From positions 118,296,001-118,360,000 of the forward strand of contig OX597822.1 of NCBI GenBank assembly GCA_951406725.2: a stretch of DNA of 64,000 nt. The letters run 5' to 3'. Positions 1-14,122 of the stretch are shown piece by piece. Made by a program: the position numbers and the translations under genes. The stretch comes from Octopus vulgaris (lineage: Eukaryota). The notes under the pieces are model-generated. The model was not told the origin of the DNA, searched no databases, and saw nothing but the letters and a program-made list of their open reading frames with translations. Positions within the stretch are counted from its first letter, which is position 1; each line of letters begins with the position of its first letter.

Positions 1-796
1 GTCATTCGACTGCGGCCATGCTGGAGCACCGCTTTTAGTCGAACAAAAACATGAGTGTGGGGGTGGGGTGGGGGTTATTGCGCCGTCTTCACAGATAATT
101 GCCATCTTTATGCTTCCTCATTGTCAATTACATTTCCGATTTCCCATCCATGACCACTCATACGACTGTTCGATTCTACTGCCGATCTGCATGGTTTGAA
201 GCATAGATGTAAGACAAAAAACACAATTTCCCCTGGATCGATATTGGTCGTTTTGTGGGATAAGGAGTTCCCCGATCAAAGGTTCTGACGTTTTTGACAT
301 GAAATCGAACCTTTTCGTTGGTTAGTTCTGCACACATTGTCACATTCCATCAGCATAGAACTTTCAGAAGTTGAAATGACAAATGAGGTCGCCAAAAACA
401 GACAATTGCACGTCGTTTGATTATAGAAATAAAAGAAACGATTGCAAAAAAGATGAAAAGCAAGAACTGATCACAGCGAGATTCGATCTCAGATTTCAAA
501 GAGATCGAGTGATTATTGAAAAGCACTTTATTCGGCGCTACAGCGACTCGACCAATTTACTGGCTTTTATCCTCGAATATGTATGTATTAACGTACGTAC
601 ATACGTATGTATGTACGTAGCTATGTACGAACTTGTTTGTGTATGTACATGCATGTGTGTGTACACATATATATATATGCATATATGTATATGTGTATAA
701 TACATATATACATATACACATACATACATGTATACATATATATATACATACACATATGTATGTGTATATGTGTGTGTACGTATATGTATATGCATA

Positions 797-869
<73 letters not shown>

Positions 870-1118
870 GCAGACATACAGGGGGAGGGAAAAGAGAGCG
901 AGAAAGGGCAGTTGAATATGATTAGTGATTGGACCATGACCAATAGTAATAATAAAAGTAAAAAAACTGAAAATGTCTGAAACATTAAAACGTGAGCGAA
1001 GTATTTAATGATTAAAAGAACGTTTCCGTACACTTATATTCATAGCAACACAGTACGGCAGCCACCATGTTTTATAATAGCAATGTAATAATGTATTGCA
1101 CTTCTTTTTGTATGTATG

Positions 1119-1191
<73 letters not shown>

Positions 1192-3369
1192 AGAGAGAGA
1201 GAGGCAGACTGACAGACAGACAGAGACAGAGAAAGCGAGAGATTTGTTATTCTCGGTAAAAATCCTGTTTATGACATATCAAATATGAAAGACTGACTGG
1301 AAATAATTAGAATAGAACATCAATAATGAGTTTTGCGAAATATTATTCCACTGTACAACGTTGGGAAGAACTTGAAATGAGGGTGACTTTTTGTTTTGTT
1401 ATTTTATATTCTTATGGGCTTTTTTTTAATTTTTTGGGTTTTTTTATATTTATGCATTTATTTACTTGTATAAATGTTGTTCTTGATCATCGCTATGGCT
1501 GCCGCCTCTCTTGCTATCATTGCTCTTACATTTTCCAACAGTATTACAACCACAACAATAACAATTGTCTCTGCTATTATGAAACTATCAACAACAACAA
1601 CAACAACAACAGCAACACCACTAACAACAACATCGCCCATATCACTAATATTACCTCCAACACCAACACCACCACCACCATCAACAACAACACCAAGAAC
1701 ACCACTACCATTAACATCACCACTAACAACACCATCGCCACACAATCAACATCATTACCAACACCTTCACCATCACCAAAACCAACAACAGCACCACTAC
1801 CAACACCACCACCACCACCACCACTGACATCACCTGTATCGTTCCTACACCATCCACAATATTGTCTTCGGTAAGAGTAGAAACAATCGGTATGGATGTA
1901 TGCGGGTATGGCTATGTGGCTATGAAGTTTACTTTCCAACTACGTGGTACCCTCTGCAGGGTACCTGTTCCGTGTTCAGAAGACAGTGACGTAACTTGGA
2001 TTTTCGTCGCTCTGTACATTAGCAAAAATGGCTGCAGGCCACATTGTACAGTTGCACATCTCACACAACCTACCCTACGCCACAGAGCAAGTGTCTTCTA
2101 CCATTGCCTCGGGTAGACAAATGCCTTTTTATTGAAATTGATAAATGATGTCTGAGTGAATGCCTGTCGGATAGACCATTCCTGTCCCTGGGTGGTCGTC
2201 TGAATCTGTTTCCCGGTTTAACACCGTCACCCGGCCCTTGGGTACTTTTGGTGGAGTCAACTCTGTTACAAACATTTGGTCTTGGTTTTTATACTGAAGA
2301 TAAATTCGTTCCTTCTTCCCTTCAATCACGGAGGCCCTATTGAACAGTCATGGGGGGATTACGTTCTTTCTTGGACTAAACGATGAAAAAAGTAATAAAG
2401 CAACAATAAATAAGAAGAAAATTAAAAAACAAAATGAAGAGTGAAACCAATGAGCCATCGAGTTGGCCTCTGAGACGTCGTTCAACGAGTTAGAAATAGA
2501 AAATCTCCTGTAAATCTCTCCTGCTGTCATAAAGAGAAAGAAATACACATTGCTTAATGCGAGGTTGGTAAAGTGGTCAATATTGCCTTATGGTGATCTA
2601 TGTTCTTATCCAAGGGGTCGATAAACACTTGAAACGATTTTTAGTATTAAGGGTGCTGAATTATTAGGAGACTGTTTTCTCAACCGAGAAATTCAAAATG
2701 CCTTTGGAGATATCTCTTCGTTGGTATACCTCTGGTAAATATTGATTCGCCTTAGCAGATATCTCGTCGTTGGTATAGTTCTAGTTAAAACACTGGATCG
2801 CCAATCGACCAGTTGACCGATTGGCGAACCAATCAAGGAAAAACTCTTACTATTCATGAAGACATCGTACTTGAGACACTCAGTACTATAGAATGGTGCC
2901 AATGGTCTGACAATTTTGAATTTACATTAATTTGCATTAATTTCCAGTCAAATATTGACGCAATAACCAATATGTACCAAGCATATTTTTCACATTAAAT
3001 ATTCCAACTCTATCAATATAACACGATTGAATTTTTATTGTTCTTTATCAGTTTCGGTTAGAATTTCTATTAAATTTCTTTAACTACTTCTTATTAATTA
3101 AAAAACGATAATGACACAAAAGAACAAAGGAACTGTTTCTTTTTAAATCAAGACATTTTTTATTGTTTATAGTTTTTTACTTTATCTTAGAAATTTACAT
3201 GATGGAGGTCGATAAGCTATCACTAATTCCTTGAAGGGTGTCAATGATATGAGAAATTTACCTGTTCTTGGTGGTTTAATTCAATCCGTGATACATATAA
3301 GACGAAATGAATTGTCAAGACTGACATGTAAGCTGATCAAGGATTTACTCGATCAGAGATAATCTTGAT

Positions 3370-3624
3370 CAGTGGTTTTCAACCGGGATCCACATGACCC
3401 TTGGGGTCCATATAAGATTTTGTTGTTAAGGTTTATCTGCAACAAATTGATTATTCTTCTACAATACACAAAATATTTTAGCAATTTTTTTAAAATACAA
3501 ATCCTCATAATATTTAATTGTAAAAAATATAAGATTTTTTAAACATCGAATGGCTATGGGGGGTGAAGTAGAGTAAGATAGGAACCAAAGAAGTCCAAAG
3601 ATAAAAAATGGTTGATAACCACTG
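3370..3624. mobile_element. hAT (Charlie-like) MITE
   Basis: Terminal inverted repeats CAGTGGTTTTCAACC / GGTTGATAACCACTG. The 8-bp flanks atcttgat / agctagag are a decayed TSD fitting the NTCTAGAN target preference. Confidence 0.75.
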
Positions 3625-3657
3625 AGCTAGAGCGAAAGAACAGCAGCAACAACAAGT

Positions 3658-3990
3658 GGAGGCGCAATGGCCCAATGGTTAGGGCAGCGAACTCGCAGTC
3701 GGAGGATCGCGGTTTCGATTCCCAGACCGGGCGTTGTGTGTGTTTATTGAGCGAAAACACCTAAAGCTCCACGAGGCTCCGGCAGGGGGTGGTGGCGACC
3801 CCTGTTGTACCCTTTCACCCCAACATTCTCTCACGTTTTCTTCCTGTTTCTTGTCCCCGACTTCCTACGTAACCGCTGAGCCTGGATGCGCATTCGTCCA
3901 TCCGTCGATGCTCTCGGTGTTGGGGTTTGACCTGCTCTCTCTTCTGCGGGTCTTGCGAATAGCAAATGACCACGTTTCGGACTTCTCCCA
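3658..3990 (+). mobile_element. tRNA-derived SINE (tRNA-Arg-like head, OR-type)
   Basis: A-box TGGCCCAATGG and B-box GTTTCGATTCCC around a TCG anticodon-like loop, followed by a non-tRNA body. Confidence 0.7.
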
Positions 3991-4664
3991 TCTTGCGAGC
4001 TCTGGGACGAAGACCGTTCGCTCAACAGCAACAACAGCAATAACAATAACAACAGCAACAGCAATAACACAAATATCGCTTTAGCAGCCTGAAACACCGA
4101 GCGTAACATCGAGGCTCGTCAGTGTCAACCTTAACGTCAACAACAACAAGTACATTAATGTCAACATTCACTATAACTCCGAGTATCAACATCTACAACA
4201 ACTAAACCGACAAAGGAACATCTAAGTAATTGGTTCACCTACAAGAAATAGTAGCCAAATTTCACTCAAATCAAGCGCTATGGTCTTAGAAAGGAAAGAT
4301 GCATTACATGATTATATTCCCGGGTACACTTTCACTAGAAAAAATATTTGATAGCCATGGCTATCAAGTACCAACTGAGCATTGGAGTCGATGTAATCGA
4401 TTCACCTCTTCCCCGAAATTGCTGGCGTTGTGCCAAAATTTGAAATCATTATAAAGACCAAATAACAGCAATAATATCATAAAACAAAAACGGTATTGCC
4501 AGCAACAATTACGACAAAATACAAAGCAATCACGACTGCGGCAACAAGTCCAACAAGTAGACGTTTCCAGCAAGGAAACTTCTACATTTAAAGTACTTAA
4601 CGGTGGGTAGATACCCTTGAGGGTTCCATTCCTAGTTATTTTCATGTATTGTGATGACAGAGCC

Positions 4665-4830
4665 ACATGGCGATGTCGATGTACATGCGTTCAACTGTGC
4701 AATCTCGTTGAATTAGAGTGAGAAGTTGCTGGATGTACCACAGACACATGTACCCGTCACATAATTCTCAGATAGAATCAGCTTAACAGAGTGTATATGA
4801 CAAGGCTGGACGTTTGAAATACATGTGCAA
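4665..4830 (-). mobile_element. Decayed fragment of SINE family D
   Basis: Shares acagacacatgtacc...tgacaaggctgg...gaaatacatgt with the copies at 14123-14438 and 41242-41557. Confidence 0.55.
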
Positions 4831-5234
4831 CCTACCCTACGGGTTTCTATACAGTTTCCATCCCCGTAAATTTGCCCAAATGGTTTACATTGACCGGAGG
4901 TTAGAGTTATTAAATTTACCTAATATTACCTAATACCATGCAATCGGATCGAACCTGAGGTTTTATGGTTGCGATGCGAACTGCTTAACCACTCAACCGT
5001 GTCTGCATCTACCATATGTAATGTAAAACCAAGCTATTGGTATGTTTTAGGGTCATTCTGGTAGCTTCTAGAACTGATGATGGTAATGATTTTTGGCAGT
5101 CCCAAAAAGGGGTATGGAAGATTTAGGTGATCTTTTAATATCTGGAATCATGAAAGGTTTAAGCACACTTCAAATACAGGATTAATCGACCTCCAAGAAA
5201 TAGCTACCAAATTTCCCTCCAATTTCACCCAACC

Positions 5235-5377
<143 letters not shown>

Positions 5378-5737
5378 ACGAGTACGACATATGCATTTAC
5401 CCATTATTCCAACATAAGTTGAAACATTTTATTCGCCAAAATAGATGCAAATGTTGTATAACGCTTCTTAACATTCTTTTCTTCAACTGTTTTCCCTTAA
5501 ATATACCAATTCAAACAAAACGTGAAGAAAGTGTAATATTGAAAATGGCTGGTATAAAAGGAATAAAGGTTATTGTGAAAGCAAAGGGTAGCCATTTTGA
5601 ATTGTGAATATATGTAGAATATTGTCAATTAATATAACAATCAACCTGTAAAGATTTCGTTAACCAAAACTTTATTTTTTTTTTTTTGGATTTTATGATA
5701 AAATGAATAATGGGTAGAATATATATGCCGCACCCGG
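5378..5737. mobile_element. Tc1-like MITE (decayed)
   Basis: Imperfect TIRs cgagtacgacatatgcatttacccattatt / aataatgggtagaatatatatgccgcacccgg. Internal ggtagccattttgaa resembles the 3' end of Tc1-type transposase genes. Confidence 0.5.
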
Positions 5738-5770
5738 AATGTATGTATGTATGTATGTATGTATGTATGT

Positions 5771-5845
<75 letters not shown>

Positions 5846-6297
5846 CGTATGTGTGTGAGAAATTCAGAGAGAGAGAGAGGTACTGAAAGATGTGATCTAT
5901 GACGTCAGTCAGCACCATAACAATAACAACTACAGCAGATATAATTATAAGAACGATGTCATCAGTAGGAAGACTTCGCGTTGTGGTCGCTTGACCTGCT
6001 AGAAATAATAGCCTACCGGCTTTAATAAAAAAGATCGTTGGAAGGGACGCATAGATATCATAGTTCTAGATACACTCTCTGAAATAGACGAAAGGTCACG
6101 GCTGGAATCGTGGTTATTTAGAGCTCACCTCTCTGGGGTTCCATAATAACTACTGCTACTACTAATAGACTCAAATCTTGAACTAAAGGGTTTCGAATTA
6201 GTAGCTCAAACTGACAGATATACTAGCGAAATTATCCTTAGCTCACCTAATATGTACATGTGTGTGTGTGTGTGTGTGTGTGTCTGTCTGTGTGTCT

Positions 6298-6529
6298 TTT
6301 ATATTTCACTTGTTTTAGTCATAAGGCTGCGGCCATGCTGGGGCACCGTCTTGAAGAATTTTTAGTCAAACGAATCGACCCCAGTACTTATTTATTTTTT
6401 AAGCCTGGTACTTAATCTGTTGGCCACTTTTGTCGAATCGCCAAGTTATGAGAACGCAAGCACTCTAACACCGGTTGTCAAGCGGTGGTGGCGAACAAAC
6501 ACAGATGCAAAAACTCATACCACCCACGT

Positions 6530-6530
<1 letters not shown>
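6298..6530 (-). mobile_element. 3' half of SINE family A
   Basis: Reverse complement of the family tail (cagcatggccgcag...gact..aacaagt) seen in the full copies at 19072, 22493 and 36159. Confidence 0.7.
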
Positions 6531-6599
<69 letters not shown>

Positions 6600-7055
6600 C
6601 TGTGTTTATGTATGTATCCTCGATTGGAGATATTTTTTCATTTCGATATTTTTTTTGCTTCTTTCTCCCCGATGACGGAATATTTAGCTTATGTGGAATC
6701 CTTACTCAATACCATGATCCACATACTTAGCTATTCTAGATAGATAGATAGATAGATCGGTAGATAGATCGGTAGATAAATAGAAAGACAGATAATTTAC
6801 ACTACCTTTGGCGTGGGACCTAGAATGATACCTTGTCCTTAAAGCTTATTGAGTTAGCGCTTTTTAACTAAGGGTCCTTCATCACACAATTTTCTTAATT
6901 CTTTTTTTTCCTCTCACTTTTATGTACGTGTGTATGTATACACTTACATACAAATATACATACATACTTAAACAAAAACAGACACATACAGACACTCACA
7001 GAGACACACACACCCACGCGCGCGCGCGTGCGTGCGGTGTGTATCTGTATGTGTA

Positions 7056-8315
7056 CAGGTTACAGTGAATAAACTGTCGTCTAAATTACGCAAAAATGAA
7101 AATAATACTGACATCTCATTTTAACAGATATATTTACCAAAATTACTTTAAAATATCTTGAAATACTAAAGAGTAAATGTATCCAATAAAATAGCCATTG
7201 GCTTCAACCACGGCCTCCAGACAACTTCGGAATCTCCTGCAACTCTTCTGGACGGTCTCCTTGTTTAACTTGGTGAATACTGCTATAATCCTTGCCCTCA
7301 GTTCATCTTTGGTGTTACAAGGAGTTTTCGTGGTCTCTCGCTCAACTGCGACTACACATAACAGTCAAGGGGGTTGGAGTCTGGGGAGTTAGGTGGTCAG
7401 ATATAAGGGGTGATGTGATTGCAGAAATTGTCTGACAGTCATGCCTGTGTTCCCTTGCTTGTTTGGCATGGTGCAGAGTCCTGTTGCCAGACATAGGGTC
7501 TTCCAGCAGCCACCCTCTTGACTCAGGGCAGCATTACCTCCTCCAGTCATTTGACGAAGGCCTCCGTTGTTGAGTCTGAGGCCGCGTGGGAAGATGAATG
7601 GAGGCATAGCATCGCCATCACTAGGGATCACTCCAAACACCATGATGTTGACTGGATGTTTAATTTTTATCGCTCTTTCTACATGTTTTGAGGACATGGT
7701 AAGCCAACGGTTGTTTTATATGTTCTCCATCTGCTCCTGGCAGAAATTTCGTCTGATAAAATCTCGTCTGATAAAAACCAAAGCATGTTCAGTTGGAGGG
7801 GATACTTGAGTTTGATTAAGAGCTTCGTAGTGCAGTCTTTCCTCTTGTTTTTGATGTACTGGGATAAAAATTGGCCCTTTCTCATCTTGTATGAGGAATA
7901 CCGAATGCTTTCATGCACTACCTGCCTGATAAGAAACTCAGACACTCTTATGTCCCTGGCTATGGACCTCATTGACTTGGAGGGATCATTGTCAATCATG
8001 GCCTGGATCTCACCAACAAATTCAAGAATTCTTTTATCAGAATGATCAGAGTGAGTTTTCTGAGCTGCCGTACCTTTGTAAGCATCATTAAATTCTTCCA
8101 ACCCTTTCTGAATCCTTTGCACTGTCCACAAATTGACACCCAAACACTCTGAAATGTTCGCATTGGAGCTTCCAGCGCGAATACCGAGCAGTACAACATG
8201 TCGTTTCCAAATTTCTGGCAGAGTGAATTGCGCCATGGTGCAATTTTTCGCACAGACTGTGCTCAACTGATCCTACTATACTGTGTAGTCGACAATCTTG
8301 TCTATTTATACCTTG
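7056..8315 (-). mobile_element. Decayed Tc1/mariner transposon, DD37D (maT) family, with pseudogenised transposase
   Basis: ORF fragments 7679-8266 and 7389-7697 give an HTH region, WFLSDE and IMVFGVI.SDG. Manual translation gives WQQDSAPC...PPNSPDSNPLD with exactly 37 residues between the 2nd and 3rd Asp. Degenerate TIRs; frameshifts and stops. Confidence 0.9.
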
Positions 8316-8859
8316 AATCTAGTATTAGACACAAATTCATGATTTTAATAAATAGACAAGATGGTTATGGCTGGAACGCTTCTGACCTTCTGACCATGAG
8401 TTTGCTCAGTCAGAGCAAAAACGGGGGGGGGGTTAAACAACAAGTGCAATGAAAAAATAAATATTTTAATTAAAAAATGAAATATAACTATCTCCGAACC
8501 TTGTTGGTGCACTAGTATCTGTTACTATAGCAACCTCTTCAATCAGCCAGTCTGTATGAACACACATACGTATGCGTATACATATATATATATATAGACA
8601 CACACACACGTATGTATATATATATAGACACACACACACACACGTATGTATATATATAAATGTGTGTGTGTCCCGATGTGTGCACATATAGGTGTTGCAT
8701 TGATCTGTTGGTGGAATGTAGCGACTATTATAATGTGGTTACTATGGTTACCATTTCCTACTGCATCTTCCTTCTTCACTTCTCTCTAGACGTTGACTAT
8801 TATCAACTTATATTGTATTCCACTGACAGCATCTCATTTCTCCGCTTTTAACTCTGCTG

Positions 8860-8900
<41 letters not shown>

Positions 8901-9155
8901 ACATGTATGTAATTATGTGTGTATAGATATATGTATGTTTATATATATGTGTGTGTTTGTGTGTGTGAATAGTCGATGCACAACTGTATAAATAGTCCAG
9001 AATTGTAATGAATTCAAAAGAGTAAACTATATACGTATATATTATATATAGAGAGAGAGAGGAGGGCATAGATAGCCAACTACATACATACATACATACA
9101 TACATACATACGCACATACGTATATATATATACACATATATATATTTATACACAA

Positions 9156-9446
<291 letters not shown>

Positions 9447-9509
9447 CTATATGCATATTTTTTTCAAGCTTACTGTTTTTGAAATGTATTTTACTGTGCT
9501 TTTTCGTTT

Positions 9510-9874
9510 TCTGGCTCTCTTTCCTCCCCTCCCTTCTCTCTCTCTCTCTCTCTCTTCCTGTCTTCTTTCATCTCTCTCTACTCCCCTCTCTTTCTCTCTC
9601 TCTCTCTCTCTATATATATATCCTCCCTCGATCACGATCTCTTTATCTCTCCCTCTCTCTCTCTCTCTTTCTCTCTTCCCGTCTTCCTTTTTCTCTCTCT
9701 CTCTCTCTTTCTCTCTTCCCGTCTTCCTTTTTCCCTCTCTCCCTCTTTCTCTCTCTCTCTCTCTCTCTCTTCATAGTTCCTCGTTTTGCTGCCAGTTTCC
9801 TATCTATCCTACTTTTTTTATTTTCTTTTTCTAGTCGAACCTCGCTTTTTTATACGCACCCCACACACATTTCA

Positions 9875-9947
<73 letters not shown>

Positions 9948-10760
9948 GGTACATGTATATGTATGAACGTATATGTATTTGTATATGTATGTAGCCTCAA
10001 ATTATATCATATCAGCTTTTAAAATAATACTGAATATTGTAGTCGAAAGTAAACTACCTGAATCAGTTGGAGGGTCACTGCTGGAAGGCCTTTATTCACA
10101 TGTCTGCTCTTTCAGTTTGACCTGAAGGTAACGAACACCGGCCACAAAGATTCTCTCTCTCTCGTCCTTTTGGGCCAAATCTCACAAAGGCCCTTCCCCC
10201 CTCTCTCTCTCACCCTCTCACCCTCTCTCTCTCTCTCTCTCTCTTTGGTGTTCTCCTTTCTCCATCTCTCTTTTCTTCCTTTCTATTCTATTATTATCAT
10301 CTTTTGTCCTCACTTTATAATTTTTCATTTGCTCTCTCCCTTATATCTCTTTCCCCCATCTCTATATCTTTATCTTCCTCTCTCTCTCTCTCTCTCTCTC
10401 TCTACCATCTCTGTATCTTCTTTCTCTCTTTCTCCCTTTATCTCTCACTCTTCCATCTCTATTTTCAACTCTCTTTCTCTCTGTCTCTTTTTCTATCTTT
10501 TTCTCTTTCCCTCTCTCTTTCTTTCTTTCTCTCTATCTCTTTTTCTATCTCTCCCTCTCTCTTTTCCTCTCTCTCTCTCCATCTCTCTCTTCCTCTCTCC
10601 CTCTCTCCCCCTCTCTCTCTCTTCCTCTCTCTCTCTCTCTCTCTCTCAGCACCTATCTATTGATTCTTCTAAATTCCCCTTCCTTCCTTATCATCCAAAT
10701 TCTTCTTTCCCCCTTCTGTATTTTCAAGAACATTTCACCCATCTCCAACATCTCTCTATG
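9510..10760. repeat. CT-rich polypyrimidine low-complexity tracts and a (GT)n repeat
   Basis: Degenerate (CT)n blocks at about 9510-9775 and 10150-10760, and (GT)n at about 9878-9945. Confidence 0.9.
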
Positions 10761-11519
10761 TCTGTTTGTTCCCTTTAAACTCATCTCCTCCCATCAGCAT
10801 TGAATGAAGTCAATTGCATTCAATGACAAGTTTTATTAATATCAGATTAAAAAACACTAATTAAAATCAATCGTTGATTCTAAGAATTCGTTTCGTGCTG
10901 ATCCGTTCAGTAATGAAAAGCAAAAGTTTATCTGTGTTTGGATGGGGACGGGACGAATTTATTATTTGTCTTCCATTGACTGAAGATTCTTTTGTCTGTT
11001 GTTGTGTTTTTAAGTGTGGAAATTGTTATGATTCTTTTCATATTTTATAGATTCATCTATTGCGAGTACATTTTTTTTTTTCATAGGTCATTAGTTTATC
11101 AAAGAACTATGTTTCTGTTCAACATTGGTTTGAAACTTGGTGGGTGTTGGATAAGCAGAACTGATAGAGCATCCAAGGAAATCAATGTGCGGTATCTAGT
11201 TGGTCATCTTTACGTTCTGAGTTCAAATCCTGCTGAGATCATTTTAGTCTTGCATCCTTCCGAGGAGGGGTGGAGTTCGATAAATAACGTACCAGTCTTG
11301 TACTGGAATCGATTTAATTTAGTCCTCGGGATTACATTACAAAACAACCAATATTGGTTGAAACAAATGTTGGGGCCATTGGAATAATAATAAAATACAT
11401 TATAATATTTGAATAATCATGATAAAACCAGAATTCTGCTTAACCAGAAATGCGAAGTAGAATCCTCAACTGATATTTTCTCTCTGAGACTCCTTCTCTC
11501 TAAGAAGAGTAAATTCGGT

Positions 11520-11720
11520 TACACTCTCACATGTGAATCATGAATGTTGTGTTAGATGCTGAAAGTGAGCAAAAAGTTCATGGCCTTTGAAATAAAGTGT
11601 TATACAAAGATACTTCAAAGTCCTCATACAGAATACTAAAAAAGGAAAATGTTGAGAAGAGCGTGAACCACGAAAGTCGTCTGCCAATTATTGAAAGGCG
11701 AGACTTGGAGTGGATTGCGC
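11520..11720 (+). mobile_element. RTE-clade LINE remnant (region C-terminal to the RT domain)
   Basis: Translates as LTCES*ML...KKFMAFEIKCYTKILQ...LPIIERRDLEWI, matching the RTE motif YGCE[ST]WTL...AFEM.C.RRIL...RRL.W. Confidence 0.55.
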
Positions 11721-11914
11721 ATTGTAATACACCTTAGGATGTGGTCATGTGTAAGCAAATCTTCGTTTAAAAAGATATAGGAAGGCCATTCAAGTAGATG
11801 GTTGAACAGCACCTAAAGAATTACTACAGATTATCTATAGTTGACAAAAAACAACTACAGATTACCTTCCCCGCTTTAGCTCCGGTCACCACCAGTGGTC
11901 GACCGTTACCATTT

Positions 11915-12095
11915 ATCTTTTACTTGTTTCAGTCATTGTACTACGGTCATGCTGAGGCACCGCCTTGAAAAATTTTGTAGTCGAATGAATCGATCCCAGT
12001 ACTTTTTTCAACTTGGATTTTATTCTATTGATCTCTTAATCCGAACCGCTAGTTTACGGGAACGTAGAACCATCAACATCGGTTTTTAAGTGGCC
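11915..12095 (-). mobile_element. 3' half of SINE family A
   Basis: tttacttgtttcagtcatt...ggtcatgctgaggcaccgcc is the reverse complement of the family tail. Confidence 0.65.
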
Positions 12096-12097
12096 GT

Positions 12098-13358
12098 GGG
12101 AGTACACAAATAAGGCACAATTTTTACGATGCATAAAACTGGTTATAGAGAGTAAAATAACGGTAGTAGACTTATATAATTTTAATGTAACATTGATTAT
12201 GACTAAAACAATTGTCACTCAATATGGCCGCCCTTTTGGGCAATTACTGCCTTCAAATGAGAACGAAATGTGTTTGCAGCTGCCGCAACCTCTGCCGTTT
12301 TGATTTTTTCGCATCGCACGTATGATGCAGGCCTTCAAACTGTTGACACTCGAGTATAGTGAAGCATTGGCCCTTGCTTGAAGAACGCCCCATAAAAATT
12401 AATCGAGAAGGTTGAGTTCTGGGCTATTATTGGTCCAGATGTTGCCCTCACAAAAAATGGCACCTTCTCACCAAGGAAGACCTGTATTGCTTTTGACCCA
12501 TAGCATGGTACAGAATCCTGGATACGCACCACACTGTCCTGGATAAGCACCCAGACTTCTGGTCTATCCAATGTAACAGAGAGTTCTTCAGGATGCCCAG
12601 ATACATCTTTGTGCCGATCCTCAAGCCATATTCAATGAATTGTGGATCTATGACACTTCCATCACTCGCCACTGCTCCAAATACCATCACAGAGGCAGAT
12701 TCTTAGTCACAAACACAGTGGGGACGTCAGAAAGGTTACATGCAATAACACGAGAATTTCTGCGATTCACCTCAGCGTCCACAGTGAACTTCTCGTCCAC
12801 AAAAACGAGAGTTTTTCCTGCACCTTGATGCTTGATAAATGACAGAAGCTTTGGGCATCTCTCAGCTCTGATTGCTTTGGTCTTGGCCTTTAGGAGGTGA
12901 CGGTGTCGTCGAACATAACAAGTCATGCCAAGGTTCCTCTTCACAGAACTGGACACCATGGAAAGGGACACATTGCGTTTCTTTGCAAGGTTTGTCATGG
13001 ATATTGGTGGGTTGGCTTCGTCGAGCGTTTGAGGTCAGCGAGTAACTTTGGATTGCGTTTGGAATCACTTCATGTCTTGTGTTCTTTTCAATCAATCTTT
13101 CCCTCTTCTTTCAATTGTTTATACATACGACAAACTGCTGCTGTTTGAAGCTTCATCAACTTGACAATTTTATTGGCAGGGTGCTCGGCGCGCGCCAGAA
13201 CAATGACGGAACGATTTTGTTGTTCCATCGCTTTCAGTAGTCGAATCAGTTCGCTATTTACCTGAAAAATAAAGAGGAGGATTAATCAAGCAAGGTTTTG
13301 TCAAAAAATGAAATGTTAAACCCACTAAAACTGGTCTCAATTTATCTACAAAACCCTG
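12098..13358 (-). mobile_element. Second decayed DD37D (maT) Tc1/mariner transposon, distinct subfamily
   Basis: Transposase ATG at 13228. Motifs LVFVDEKFTVD.EVNRRNSR, VMVFGAVASDG, QDSVPC...WTNNSPELNLLD (about 37 aa spacing across one frameshift). Right end ...tctacaaaaccctg followed by TA; left TIR eroded. Confidence 0.88.
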
Positions 13359-13369
13359 TATATGTATAT

Positions 13370-13407
<38 letters not shown>

Positions 13408-13545
13408 ATAGAGGCTATAGAAAAAGACACTTGCCCAAGATGCCACACGAATCCGGTACCATGTATTTGAATGATATGCTCATATGTCTGAAACAGTATA
13501 CAGATATATATACACGTACTGAGTGTGTGTGTGTGAAAAGGAGAG

Positions 13546-13592
<47 letters not shown>

Positions 13593-13596
13593 AAAA

Positions 13597-13635
<39 letters not shown>

Positions 13636-14122
13636 GGAAGAAGGAGACAGAGTTTACAGCAGATTCCCCAAAGCCAGCTGACTAAATGGCAATCCATTCC
13701 TCCCCAACAAAAGCCAACAAGAGAACCTTTACAGAGGCACTGTTGTTAAACGTAGCACCCAAATAACATTCAAATCCCACCCAATCAAATAAATACAATA
13801 GATATTCGATTATGCAGTCCTGGACATACTCTTAAAAAGATGGTAATTTGGTCACAGCTGGTCACTGCTGATTATTTCTATGTTCATAGATCTTTAGGAC
13901 CGGTGCCAAACAGCTGCTACTGAACTAACACGGTATATACGTTGTCGGCTCTCTATGTTGAAGGTTCGTTGCTCTCTGAAGTCTCTAAATCTGAAACCAT
14001 TCCCACCAACACCCACCTTACAATCATACCCGACTCTCTTTCATTTTTCCCACTTCTTTGTTGCTGTGACTGACCCCACAAATCCTTGGCTAAACTCTAA
14101 AACCATTTTTTTCTGTGTGTAC

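Noticed and set aside
538-1033. ORFs rich in YI/CV/HT/LS repeats, here and throughout the window
   Set aside because: Translations of (TA)n, (TG)n, (CT)n and (GATA)n microsatellites, which lack stops by construction.
1474-1827. Hydrophobic start plus Thr/Pro-rich ORF, as a mucin or the missing TM1 exon
   Set aside because: Built from decayed (ACA)/(ACC) triplets and open in several frames; no conserved Trp or suitable phase-1 donor.
3658-3735. Possible tRNA-Arg gene
   Set aside because: No clean acceptor stem, and it continues into a SINE body. The same applies to the other tRNA-like heads.
11720-11830. Possible GIY-YIG endonuclease remnant (..GCGHV..DIGRPFK*MVEQH)
   Set aside because: Too short and degenerate to support by eye.
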